Assembly (NCBI GenBank): GCA_963796685.1 | Contig: CAWCMR010000005.1 | Span: 361,513-425,512 of the forward strand | Length of the DNA: 64,000 nt | Direction: 5' to 3' | Source: an uncultured delta proteobacterium | GTDB lineage: Bacteria; Myxococcota_A; Polyangia; Fen-1088 | Shown here: positions 43,212 through 52,286 of the stretch, piece after piece | Position numbering within the stretch: the stretch's first letter is position 1 | Layout: each line of letters starts with the position of its first letter | The notes under the pieces: model-generated | Database searches by the model: none | Told to the model about the DNA's origin: nothing | Seen by the model: the letters and a program-made list of their open reading frames with translations, nothing else | Program-made: the position numbers and the translations under genes

Positions 43212-43871
43212 TCAGCGCTCCTTGCAGAACCAGGGCGCGTTCGTACCGGAGCCGGCACAACATATCTGCATGGTCTTGCGATAGGTCTTTTCGTCGGGGC
43301 CGCACAGGCGCCTACGCACGCATTCCGCGAAGCCCCAGTCGAAGGGACGCCTGGCCTCGGCGGTTTCGTCGCCGAGCTCACGCGGTTCGGGCCGTGGCGG
43401 AAGCCCTGCTTCTTGGCGACAGAGCGCGTACTCGCGCGGCGTTTTTGGCGGGGGAGGCAGGATCTGCATGGGTGGCTCGCCGCCACCACGATCGAACAGG
43501 TCGCGCTTGCGATCGAGAGCCTTGCTGATGGCGCGCAGGCTCCACCAGGAGCCCATCGGCGAGCCCACCCGATCGAGCGCATCGAGCGCCCGTCTGCGAA
43601 GATCCACGGGCATGTCGGGATCCTCGGCAACGGCCAGCAGTGGCTGTTCGGCGGCCAGGCCGTCGTTGCCGAGAGCGGCGAACCAATCGATCCACGTGCC
43701 CACGCTGCCGGCAAGCAATCCGCACGCTCGCATCTCGCGAAAGGCCGTCACCATGTCGGGAACCAGCGGCGCGGCCTCCGGGCCTCCGATGGTCGAGGTC
43801 GCGTGCGCGACGGCGGAAGCCATCGCATCGGTCTCGGCATAGCGAGGTGCGCTTGCGCAAAGCCCGGGCAA
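43212..43871 (-). CDS. Hypothetical protein, possibly a fragment
   Basis: 219-aa ORF; no recognised motif. Confidence 0.35.
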   Translation of the reverse strand: MPGLCASAPRYAETDAMASAVAHATSTIGGPEAAPLVPDMVTAFREMRACGLLAGSVGTWIDWFAALGNDGLAAEQPLLAVAEDPDMPVDLRRRALDALDRVGSPMGSWWSLRAISKALDRKRDLFDRGGGEPPMQILPPPPKTPREYALCRQEAGLPPRPEPRELGDETAEARRPFDWGFAECVRRRLCGPDEKTYRKTMQICCAGSGTNAPWFCKER

Positions 43872-43954
43872 CGCCTGTTTGAGAGCGGGCGCGAATTGTG
43901 CACATACTCATGATATTGCTTGATATCCATCATAAGCGGGATACGATAATTCAC

Positions 43955-44221
43955 ATGACACCTGAGGTTCGTGCGTACCTGGCCGAGATCGGACGACGCG
44001 GGGGGCGGCGCAGTCGGCGCGTTCTGCCGCCGGAGACCGCTCGGCGAATGGTGCGGCTGCGCGAAGCGAGGCGTGCCTTCAAACGCTTCCACGCGAGGTG
44101 CTTCTGGTCTTCGCCGAAGGACTACGTGGTGACAGTGGAGGACATTGCGTGGGTCGCACGCCAGCTGATGACCCACGGTGGACGTGATGGCTGGCGGACG
44201 GGAGCGAGTCTATGCCGCTAA
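43955..44221 (+). CDS. Putative antitoxin (YLAEIGRRGG...CFW type)
   Basis: Small basic ORF overlapping the NTase start; AT-rich region upstream. Confidence 0.7.
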   Translation: MTPEVRAYLAEIGRRGGRRSRRVLPPETARRMVRLREARRAFKRFHARCFWSSPKDYVVTVEDIAWVARQLMTHGGRDGWRTGASLCR

Positions 44222-44988
44222 CCTCGTTCCAGGCCGCCATTGCCGAGCTCCTGGCAGTCAATCGCTCTTTCGACAGCTATCTGGCCGGCGGCGCGGCGCT
44301 GCACCTCGAGCCCAACTCCAAACGGTACAGCAACGACCTCGACTACTTCCACGACTCGGAGGAGCGGGTTGCGGTGGCGGTCCGCGACGATACGCGATTG
44401 CTCGAACAGTCGGGCTACGAGGTCGAGGTATTGATGCAGCAGCCGGGTTTCACGCGCGCGATCGTGCGCAAAGGCGAGGAAGCGACCAAGCTCGAATGGG
44501 CGCACGATTCTGCATGGCGCTTCTTGCCCACGGTTCGCAGCGAACGTTCGGGCTTTCAGCTCTCGGGCGTGGATCTCGCCATCAACAAGCTGCTGGCGCT
44601 GGTCGGCCGCGACGAACCGCGCGACTACCTCGACATCCACGAAGCGATGGACCTACTGCCTCTTGGGGCCTTGTGTTGGGCCGCAGCCGGGAAGGATCCC
44701 GGTTTCACGCCCGCCATGTTGCTCGATCTGCTGCGCCGTCGCGGCCGGTATCGCCCCGAGGACTTCGGCCGGCTTCACCTCGCAGAGCCGGTCGACCTAC
44801 CGAAGTTGAAACAGCGGTGGTTGGCCGCTCTGGACGAGGCCGAGCACTTCTTCACCACGCGCGACCCGAGCGAGATCGGTTGTCTCTACTATTCTCGTTC
44901 GTTGGGGAAATTCGTCGAGCCACGGCCAGGCGACGACGTGGTTCCGCACTACGGTCGCCCGGGCGGCGTACTTCCCACCGTGGGGTAG
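44212..44988 (+). CDS. AbiEii-like nucleotidyltransferase (type IV TA toxin-like)
   Basis: YLAGGAAL...RYSNDLDYF, NKLLALVGRDEPRDYLD. Confidence 0.8.
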   Translation: MPLTSFQAAIAELLAVNRSFDSYLAGGAALHLEPNSKRYSNDLDYFHDSEERVAVAVRDDTRLLEQSGYEVEVLMQQPGFTRAIVRKGEEATKLEWAHDSAWRFLPTVRSERSGFQLSGVDLAINKLLALVGRDEPRDYLDIHEAMDLLPLGALCWAAAGKDPGFTPAMLLDLLRRRGRYRPEDFGRLHLAEPVDLPKLKQRWLAALDEAEHFFTTRDPSEIGCLYYSRSLGKFVEPRPGDDVVPHYGRPGGVLPTVG

Positions 44989-45005
44989 CTGGTGCAATTC
45001 TCACC

Positions 45006-46172
45006 CTATTCCCGATCCTTGATCGGTGTCTCGCGCAGGTCCGCCGTGGTCACCGAGGTCGTGCCGAACTTCTTTTGGATGCGGTCGAGGGCGGCGTTGA
45101 GACGGCCGCTGCGGCGATCGGAATCGAAGAGCGAGAGCTGTCCCTCCCCCGCGAGAATCGACTGGGCCGAGACGCCCGTGAGCCGAACCTTCTGCTGCAG
45201 GCGCTGGGCGGAAAGCAGCGCGCTGGCCGCGCGGTAGAGCGCCTGACCGTCGTCGGTCGGCTCGGGCAAGGTCGTTCGGCGCGTGAGCAGCGTGAAGTCG
45301 GCCAGCTTGAGCTTGAGCTGCACCACGGTCGTCTTCCTGCCCGCCTGGCGCAGGCGGCGTCCCACGCGCAGGGCCTGGGCATGCACGTACGGCAGCAGCG
45401 CCTCCTTGCCGGCCAGGTCCTCGTCGAAAGTGTCCTCGGCCCCGATGCTCTTCGCCTCGCGGTCGGGCACCACCTTGCGCGGATCGATCGCGCACGCCAG
45501 ATCCCACAGATCGCGACCACCCGACACGCGCTTGCCCAGCCAATCGGGATCGGCGTCCGCGATCTGGCCGATGGTGCGCAGGCCAAGCTCGGCCAGCACG
45601 GCCTCGGTCTTGGGGCCCACGCCCCACAGACGCGCGACGGGCAGCGGGGCAAGAAACGTCCGCTCCGCGCCGGGCGCGACTTCCTTCTGTCCGTTCGGCT
45701 TGGCCAGATCCGAGGCGATCTTGGCCACGAACTTCACCGAGGCGATGCCGGCCGACGCGGGCAGGTCCACCTCGGCCGCGATGCGCGCACGCAGGTCGGC
45801 GGCGATCTTGCCCGGAGGGCCGAAGAGCTCGCGCGACGCGGTCACGTCCAGGAACGCCTCGTCGAGCGAGAGCGGTTCGATGAGCGGGGTGACCGAAGCC
45901 ATGATGGCGAACACCGCGTCGCTTGCCTCCGCGTACGCCCCCATGCGTGGCGGGACGACGATGGCCGTGGGCGCCTTGCGCACGGCGATCGCCATGGGCA
46001 TGGCCGAGCGCACCCCGAAGGGGCGCACCTCGTAGGAGGCGGCCAGCACGACCCCGCGCTTCGGGTGGCCGCCCACGATCACGGGTTTGCCGCGCAGGTC
46101 GGGAAAATCGCGCTGCTCGACCGACGCATAGAAAGCGTCCATGTCGAGGTGAATGATGGCGGCGGCGCTCAC
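45006..46172 (-). CDS. dinB: DNA polymerase IV
   Basis: IIHLDMDAFYASVEQ, ASYE, SLDEAFLD, AKIASDLAKPNG, LWGVGPKT. Confidence 0.96.
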   Translation of the reverse strand: MSAAAIIHLDMDAFYASVEQRDFPDLRGKPVIVGGHPKRGVVLAASYEVRPFGVRSAMPMAIAVRKAPTAIVVPPRMGAYAEASDAVFAIMASVTPLIEPLSLDEAFLDVTASRELFGPPGKIAADLRARIAAEVDLPASAGIASVKFVAKIASDLAKPNGQKEVAPGAERTFLAPLPVARLWGVGPKTEAVLAELGLRTIGQIADADPDWLGKRVSGGRDLWDLACAIDPRKVVPDREAKSIGAEDTFDEDLAGKEALLPYVHAQALRVGRRLRQAGRKTTVVQLKLKLADFTLLTRRTTLPEPTDDGQALYRAASALLSAQRLQQKVRLTGVSAQSILAGEGQLSLFDSDRRSGRLNAALDRIQKKFGTTSVTTADLRETPIKDRE

Positions 46173-46277
46173 GTACAGAAACGGTAGGGCTTGCCGGACG
46201 GGATTTCAATTCAGTATGTAAGCGACGAGCGACGCAGCCAGCCGGGATAGATCGGCCGTGCACATGCTAAACTCCGC

Positions 46278-46715
46278 TCACCCTCGTTGCTCTGAACGCG
46301 GGCGCAGTCCCATCGATGAAGCTGCTCTCATTTGGTGGATGTCAAACGTGACGAATTCCGTGAAGTTGTTGTGAAGGGCGGTCACGATGTGGATGCAGTC
46401 GGAAGAGCGAAGAAATACCGTGGGCGGCAGCGTGGCAAAGGCCTCGGCCGCCGCTCTCATGATCAAGCTATCGATCGGAAGCCACGTCCAGAAGCCTGCC
46501 AAATCATCGTGCTGAAACTGCCGAACTGCGGCCGTGAAGTCTCTCCGATTCCAGTCTCCTTCGCGCAGACGCCGATGAAAGACCGCCATGAGCTCGGGCC
46601 GAACCAGCTCCGAGACACATACTCCGTCTTCCGTCTCGAGGAGCTGACGTAACGCCCGGGATTCCTTTTCCGGGACGTAGAACTTCGCCACCGCAGATGT
46701 GTCGCAAGCAATCAT
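46278..46715 (-). CDS. vapC: VapC-like PIN toxin
   Basis: DTSAVAKFYVPE, LRSSDCIHIVTA, FVTFD. Confidence 0.85.
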   Translation of the reverse strand: MIACDTSAVAKFYVPEKESRALRQLLETEDGVCVSELVRPELMAVFHRRLREGDWNRRDFTAAVRQFQHDDLAGFWTWLPIDSLIMRAAAEAFATLPPTVFLRSSDCIHIVTALHNNFTEFVTFDIHQMRAASSMGLRPRSEQRG

Positions 46716-46961
46716 CGATCGCCGCGAATCGCATCCAGATCCTCGAGCACGCTGCCCGAGGTCTTGCGAGATAGCAGAAGCTCGGTACTCGGGCAACAAG
46801 GTTCGCCCTGGTCGCCGCGAGCGCAGCAGGGCCGGTTTGGCCAGCACTGCGACGGGTCTGCCCCGGTCCGTAATGGCTATCGGCGCGTTCGACCGGGCTG
46901 CCCGTCTGACGTGCTCACCCGTCGTCTGATGGAGCTGCTTGATACTGATGCTGGATCGCAT
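46712..46961 (-). CDS. Phd/YefM-like antitoxin, frameshifted into the toxin frame
   Basis: ISIKQLHQTTGEHVRRA...ITDRGRPVAVL; natural-looking end VLEDLDAIRGDR* lies in another frame. Confidence 0.75.
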
Positions 46962-46969
46962 GGTGTAAC

Positions 46970-46986
46970 GGTGACACTTCGTCACC
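46970..46986. promoter_or_regulatory. Probable TA operator
   Basis: GGTGAC-N5-GTCACC upstream of the antitoxin. Confidence 0.45.
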
Positions 46987-47030
46987 ATGCGGTCAAGCTC
47001 AAGCGCTACTTGCCCGCGTCGAAGGCCGAG

Positions 47031-48515
47031 CTATTCCGTGACGGGGACGCCGCTCTGGTCGCACGAGTAGAACGAATCGTAGTCTCCGACCACCGACAGA
47101 TTCTGGCCCTTGACGTTGTCCTGCCAGGCGCAGGTGGGCATGCAGCAGTCCTGCATGGTGGTGATGGTGTAGCCCGACTTGAACGAGGAATCCGCGGCGG
47201 CCTGCTCGGGCGTGGCGACCGCGGGATTCACGGCCGGCAGGCCCTGCGGCGCCAGCTTGCACCCCGTGACCTGGGTGAGGTGCGTTGGGCATTCGACCCG
47301 CTTGGCGTAGATCTTCCAGTTGATGTGGTAGTAGGTGTTGGCGTTGTTCGATTGCGTGCACGAGTTGATGGATTCGTTGGTCACCGTGGTCGAGCTGGAC
47401 TTGAACTTTCCGCATGAGGTGGCCACGTTGGCCTGGCAGGTCGCCGAGGACAACGTGGCGGTGGTGACCAGGTTGTTGCTGTTCTTGCAGCCCGCGACCT
47501 GGGTGGCCGCGTTCACGCCACCCGAGCCGGGCTCGCCCTCGGTCGGGAACTGGGTGTAGAGGTACTTGCCCGAGGGACTCTTCATCGACGCGTTCGGATC
47601 GCACGCGTTGAAGGCGCCGAAGCCGCCCGCGCCCATGAACACGTCGAAGTTCTGGCCGCCGCCGGCCGAGGTGTTGAAGGCCTGCACCACCAGGGGCGGC
47701 GGAATGGGAATGGCCGAGGCGCCATTGCCGCTGACCTGCGCCTCGTTCTCGGGCAAGCTGAAGACCAGCTGGTAGCACTGGCAGCAGCTGATGGTCACGT
47801 TGCCGTCGATGCCGCCGGTTTCCACGTCGTGGCCCACCACCGCGTAGTTCAGGCCCGTGTAGCCGTCATCCAGGGCAGCCTGGGCCATCTCGTCGGAGAA
47901 GAGCATGAAGCGAGGGCACAGGAAATTGACCTGCGCGCCTTGCTTGGTGCCTTCGCACGCATTCTGCCCCTGCGTGCAGACGCCACCGCCGGGCGACGTG
48001 GCGGAGCCGGCTTGGCACCCCTTGATGTAGAACTGATTGATCATCTGGTTGGGCGGAGGCAGCGCATAGACGAGGGGTGGAGGTCCGGTATCGATGGGGG
48101 CATCCACGGCGGCGTCGGCCTGGGTCGTGCCGCCCGCGCCCGAGGAGGAAGAACCGCCCGACGAAGACGTGCCGCCCGCGCCACCGCTGGGAACGCCGCC
48201 GGCGCCACCGTGCGCGGCTCCGCCACCACCCGCGATGCCACCCTCGCCGGCCGATCCGCCCGCGCCCGTGCTGCCGCCACTGTTCGCCGAGCCGCCGAGG
48301 CCCGAGGCGCCACCGCCGGCCGTCGTGCCGCCCGCGTTCGAGGCTCCGCCCGAGCCCGGTGCGGTGGAGGTGCTCGTCGAGGTGTCGGTTCCCGGCGCAC
48401 GCGCGCGTGCACAACCACCGAGGGTCAGCCCAAGCGCGCAGGCCGCCAACAGCAGCCGCGCGCTGGCAGGCAGGAAGGTGGAACGCAAGATGTCAAGACC
48501 TGGAACTACGGTCAT
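47031..48515 (-). CDS. Lipoprotein with Gly/Ser linker and GH45-like endoglucanase domain (apparently circularly permuted)
   Basis: LGGC lipobox; CCQCYQLVF, VQAFNT, NFDVFMGAGGFGAFNAC, RVECPTHLTQVTGC; TTMQDCCMPTCAW near the C-terminus. Confidence 0.8.
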   Translation of the reverse strand: MTVVPGLDILRSTFLPASARLLLAACALGLTLGGCARARAPGTDTSTSTSTAPGSGGASNAGGTTAGGGASGLGGSANSGGSTGAGGSAGEGGIAGGGGAAHGGAGGVPSGGAGGTSSSGGSSSSGAGGTTQADAAVDAPIDTGPPPLVYALPPPNQMINQFYIKGCQAGSATSPGGGVCTQGQNACEGTKQGAQVNFLCPRFMLFSDEMAQAALDDGYTGLNYAVVGHDVETGGIDGNVTISCCQCYQLVFSLPENEAQVSGNGASAIPIPPPLVVQAFNTSAGGGQNFDVFMGAGGFGAFNACDPNASMKSPSGKYLYTQFPTEGEPGSGGVNAATQVAGCKNSNNLVTTATLSSATCQANVATSCGKFKSSSTTVTNESINSCTQSNNANTYYHINWKIYAKRVECPTHLTQVTGCKLAPQGLPAVNPAVATPEQAAADSSFKSGYTITTMQDCCMPTCAWQDNVKGQNLSVVGDYDSFYSCDQSGVPVTE

Positions 48516-48547
48516 CCGGTAAGGGTAGCAAGACCGGGCGAAAACAG

Positions 48548-48625
48548 GTAGGGGCGGGTTTGAAACCCGCCCCTACAGATGCGAGAATAGACGTACGAAT
48601 CCGTAGGGGCGGGTTTGAAAACCCG
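48548..48625. repeat. Two GTAG-type REP elements
   Basis: GTAGGGGCGGGTTTGAAACCCGCCCCTAC palindrome and a partial second copy. Confidence 0.75.
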
Positions 48626-48631
48626 GTGTTC

Positions 48632-50233
48632 TCAATGCCACTCCCAGTTGATGTAGCCTGGCTTGGCGTCGGCCATGGCGTTGACCATCAGCTCGACCAA
48701 TCCGCCGTAGTGCAGGCCGGCCTTCTCGTGGGCCTTGTAGAACGAGATGATCTCGCGCATCTGCCCCTTGCAGTTGCTGCACGGGGCGCAGACGTATTTG
48801 TGGTTCTCGGCGCCCATGGGCTCGCCCTGGAAGGCCTCCAGGATCTGCCTGAATTTTCGCCGCCCCGTGAGATGGTGACGCCAACTGGCGAAATTGCGTC
48901 CGCTCATGATGGCGAATCCCGAGCCGCCGCCGCAGCAGTAGTTGTTCACCCCGTGCGGGGTCATCTCGCGGAAGCGCTCTTTGGGCACGACCTGGCCCAG
49001 GATTTCCCGCTGCGGCGACACGATCCCCATCAGGCGCACGTAGTTGCACGGGTCGTGCAAGGTGACGGGGAAGTCGTTGCGGCTCTTGTCGAAGCGGATG
49101 GCGCCGGAGCGCGCGATATCGCGCAGAATGGGCATGGAGCTTTCGCGCGGAATGTTGAGCCCGCCGGTCAGCACCTTGTCGGCGATGACGGTGAGCGCCT
49201 TGTGGGCGTGCCCGCACTCGCCGAGGACGATCTTCTTCACGCCGAGCTTCTCGGCGATCTGCATGTGGCGCAGGGCCGTGCGCGCGAACTGCACGTCGTC
49301 GTAGAAGACGCCATAGTTGATGCCGTCGTAGGCGGGCGCCTCGCTGGACATGGTCCAATTGAGGCCGGCCTGGTTGAAGAGCAGGCTGAAGCCGCCGATG
49401 TTCTCGGGCCAGGCCATGATCTCGCCAGCGTTGTGGATGAGGAGGATGTCGGCGCCCTTCTTGTCGAACGGCGTGACGACCTTGATGCCGGTCTTTTCGC
49501 TGGTGTCGTCGTCGATGAACTCCATGTTGCTCTTGAGCACGTCCGGGTTCATGCCCGTGGACGAGCCGACCTTGAGCTGCAACATCGAGCCGTCCTCGTG
49601 CAACTCTTTGGGGTGGATGCCCATCTCCTGGCTGGCGATCTTGCGGATCTCGCGCGCCATGAGCCCGTTGTCGACGCCCATGGGACAGGTCTGCGCGCAG
49701 CGCCGACAGAGGTTGCAGCGGTAGGAAAGCTCCAGCAGCCGGACCACCGTCCGCCAATTCAAATCGATGTCGCCATGGACGAAGGTCGAGGCGCCCTTGA
49801 CGTACTTGAAATAGATGCGGCGAAGGATCTCCGAGCGGAACGACGGTCGGTACAGCTCGTTCTTTCCGCTTTCCTCGAAGATGTGGCAGGCCTCCGAGCA
49901 GGTCTGGCAACGCGCGCAGTGCTCGACGGAGAACAGCAACGGCTGCAGGAAGGTCCAGTTGTCGGCCGCGGAGAAGAGCTTGCGCAAGCCCGACAAGAAG
50001 GCATTGACCAACCGCTCTTCTTCCGCCGGGGTCGTGGGCTTCGGGATATTGAGCGCGATGGTGTCGTCCAAGCAGACGAGCTTTTGGCGAACCTCGTCGG
50101 CGAGCGGGGCGATCCGGGGCTCGTCTTCCAATTTGTCGAAGGGTGGTGGCAGCGGGACCTGGTCTTCAAGCCCCACCTTGGCAACCGGGCCGTCGCCCTG
50201 GGAGAAGGAGCGAAAGGTCACGCCGCCGCTCAT
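48632..50233 (-). CDS. DsrK/HdrD-like Fe-S protein with CCG domain
   Basis: CARCQTCSEAC, CNLCRRCAQTCP, GECGHA, HDPCN, CCGGGSG, CAPCSNC. Confidence 0.85.
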   Translation of the reverse strand: MSGGVTFRSFSQGDGPVAKVGLEDQVPLPPPFDKLEDEPRIAPLADEVRQKLVCLDDTIALNIPKPTTPAEEERLVNAFLSGLRKLFSAADNWTFLQPLLFSVEHCARCQTCSEACHIFEESGKNELYRPSFRSEILRRIYFKYVKGASTFVHGDIDLNWRTVVRLLELSYRCNLCRRCAQTCPMGVDNGLMAREIRKIASQEMGIHPKELHEDGSMLQLKVGSSTGMNPDVLKSNMEFIDDDTSEKTGIKVVTPFDKKGADILLIHNAGEIMAWPENIGGFSLLFNQAGLNWTMSSEAPAYDGINYGVFYDDVQFARTALRHMQIAEKLGVKKIVLGECGHAHKALTVIADKVLTGGLNIPRESSMPILRDIARSGAIRFDKSRNDFPVTLHDPCNYVRLMGIVSPQREILGQVVPKERFREMTPHGVNNYCCGGGSGFAIMSGRNFASWRHHLTGRRKFRQILEAFQGEPMGAENHKYVCAPCSNCKGQMREIISFYKAHEKAGLHYGGLVELMVNAMADAKPGYINWEWH

Positions 50234-51195
50234 TTCCTGATCTCCGTCGGGTTTTCCATGGCCAGGTCGGCCCAGGTCTTCTTGCCCGCGCCGCGGATGT
50301 GCTCGGCATCCCATGAAACCTTGTACGCGAGCAGCTTGGCGATTTTGGCTTCCTGCGGGCCGCCGGCCAGGTTGGGTCTGTCGTTCCAGCGGATGGCGTG
50401 GTACGCGAAATACTTGCCCACGAAATGGGACATGTGCGTAAGCGGGATGTAGGCGACGAGCGAGCTCGACAGCACCACCGTCGCCGTCGGCAGAAGCCAA
50501 TCGATGCCCGTGCCCGGCAGAGACGTCAAATTGAAGGCCGTCAGGTTGGTCGCGAACGCCATCGCCAGGTCCGCGTGCCTATCCACCAATCCGAAGGTGA
50601 GCAAACCGGAGGCGAAAGTGACGATGAAGAAGACGAGATTGAAGATGTCCGCGGGCACGGTGTGCGCCCGCAGCGCGGGCAGGGTCAGTCGTCGGTGCAA
50701 GAGCGAAAGAGCCCCCAGGCAACCAAGTGCAAGGCCGGCAACGCCGAGCACCAGCACGATCTCATGGGCAACTTTCCCCGGACCTCCGGCGAGAAGCTGC
50801 GGCGCAAGCGCGCGCCCAAGGCCCGCCAACAGCGCCAGCCCCGCCGCGCCTCCCGCCAGGTACAAACCCAAATGAAAGGGAAACGTACGCGCCCAAAGCT
50901 GGCGGTTGTGCTCCCTGACCGAGGACAGCAGCAGCACTTCGGGAAGGGTGGCCTTGACCGCGCCGAGCGGGGACGTCTTACGCGGCTGCTTCCACCAGTC
51001 GGCTTCCTCCATGAACGAGCCGCCGTAGCGGGACTTTCCCGCGGGCGCATGGGGAACAGGATAAAGCTCCCAGCGCATGTGCATGGGCAGCCTCGCCCAC
51101 ATGACGAAGCGGGCGATCACCGTGACCGTGAACGAAACCAGCGCCAGGTAGCATAGGAGGTAGGGTAACTGGGACACCTGGCTGGCTAATTGCAT
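50230..51195 (-). CDS. DsrM/NarI-like cytochrome b membrane subunit
   Basis: RWELYPVPH, FPFHLGLY, YIPLTHMSH, WDAEHI...TWADLA. Confidence 0.82.
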   Translation of the reverse strand: MQLASQVSQLPYLLCYLALVSFTVTVIARFVMWARLPMHMRWELYPVPHAPAGKSRYGGSFMEEADWWKQPRKTSPLGAVKATLPEVLLLSSVREHNRQLWARTFPFHLGLYLAGGAAGLALLAGLGRALAPQLLAGGPGKVAHEIVLVLGVAGLALGCLGALSLLHRRLTLPALRAHTVPADIFNLVFFIVTFASGLLTFGLVDRHADLAMAFATNLTAFNLTSLPGTGIDWLLPTATVVLSSSLVAYIPLTHMSHFVGKYFAYHAIRWNDRPNLAGGPQEAKIAKLLAYKVSWDAEHIRGAGKKTWADLAMENPTEIRK

Positions 51196-51513
51196 TTTCC
51201 GGGCCGCGGTCGAGCGGTAGGGCATCGCGCGGGCAATCCCGGGATTCGGCCGAAATACCGAGTGCCCGGAAATTCGCGTCCCGCGCGCACGCCGCTAGGC
51301 CATCAAATATGCTGGCATAGGCCGTGGCCGGCGCTGGCTCCGCTCGTTGCCGGGGCCGGCCCGGCACGTCGGATGGCTCCGTTCCCGAGTGCCGCGCACA
51401 CCACCCGGGATCGCACACGCGTTCCGGGTGCCGTCAGGGGAGAATAGCGAGAATGAGCGGGAGCTGTCGGGAGAGGATCGGATGGGTTTCGGTGGTAACA
51501 TCTTCACGACGAC

Positions 51514-51991
51514 ATGATCGACTTCGAGGAAGCGAAACGGATCCTCGCGGCCTTCGAGCGCGAAGGCGTGGAGTACGTCATGGTCGGATCGATGGCCATG
51601 GCCGCTCAGGGCTTGGTGCGGGCCACGCGAGATGTCGATTTCTTCGTCGCCGCGACTGCGGCCAACGTAGAGCATCTACGGCGAGCCCTTAGGGGCTTGT
51701 ACCAGGACGACGCAAATGTGGACCAGTATCCGGGTGGAGGACCTTGCTGGCGACTATCCGGCCATCGAGTATGTTCCACCCGATGCTCCCTACTCCCTCG
51801 ATCTTCTCTCAAGACTGGGCGAGGCCTTTCGCTACGAGACCATCGAGAGCGAAGAGCTGGTTCTCGACGGAATCCGGATTCGCGTCGCCACGCCCGAGAT
51901 GCTCTACCGCATGAAGAAGGACACGGTGAGACCGCAAGACCGCCTGGACGCCGAGCAACTGCGCCGTCTCTTCGAGCTCGAGGAGGAGTGA
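51514..51991 (+). CDS. Nucleotidyltransferase-family protein; frameshift near 51730
   Basis: YVMVGSMA...RATRDVDF; second frame LYRMKKDTVRPQDRLD. Confidence 0.7.
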
Positions 51992-52230
51992 TGGGTGTAC
52001 GCAAGTTTCACTCCGTCGAAGAGATGCGCGGACCTTTGCCTCTGCCGCGACTTGATCCCGAGAACCTGCGGATCGCTTTCGGGCTCTCCTCGCTCGCGGG
52101 TGGAATGAGGCCAATTGGCCGAACGCCGGGCGTGCGCAAGTTCCGTTCTTGGAACGAGGCCCTCGCTGCAAAGGCGGCCGATGAGGTCGCGTCTTTGCGA
52201 CGTTCTTCGTCCGGGACCAATCGGAGATAG
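51991..52230 (+). CDS. Small partner protein of the NTase
   Basis: TGATG coupling; GVRKF.S..E motif occurs twice. Confidence 0.6.
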   Translation: MGVRKFHSVEEMRGPLPLPRLDPENLRIAFGLSSLAGGMRPIGRTPGVRKFRSWNEALAAKAADEVASLRRSSSGTNRR

Positions 52231-52286
52231 CGCGTTTGCCCCGATGGCGCTGGCCCCGCTGGGCACCGCGACGTCCTGTATAGTGC

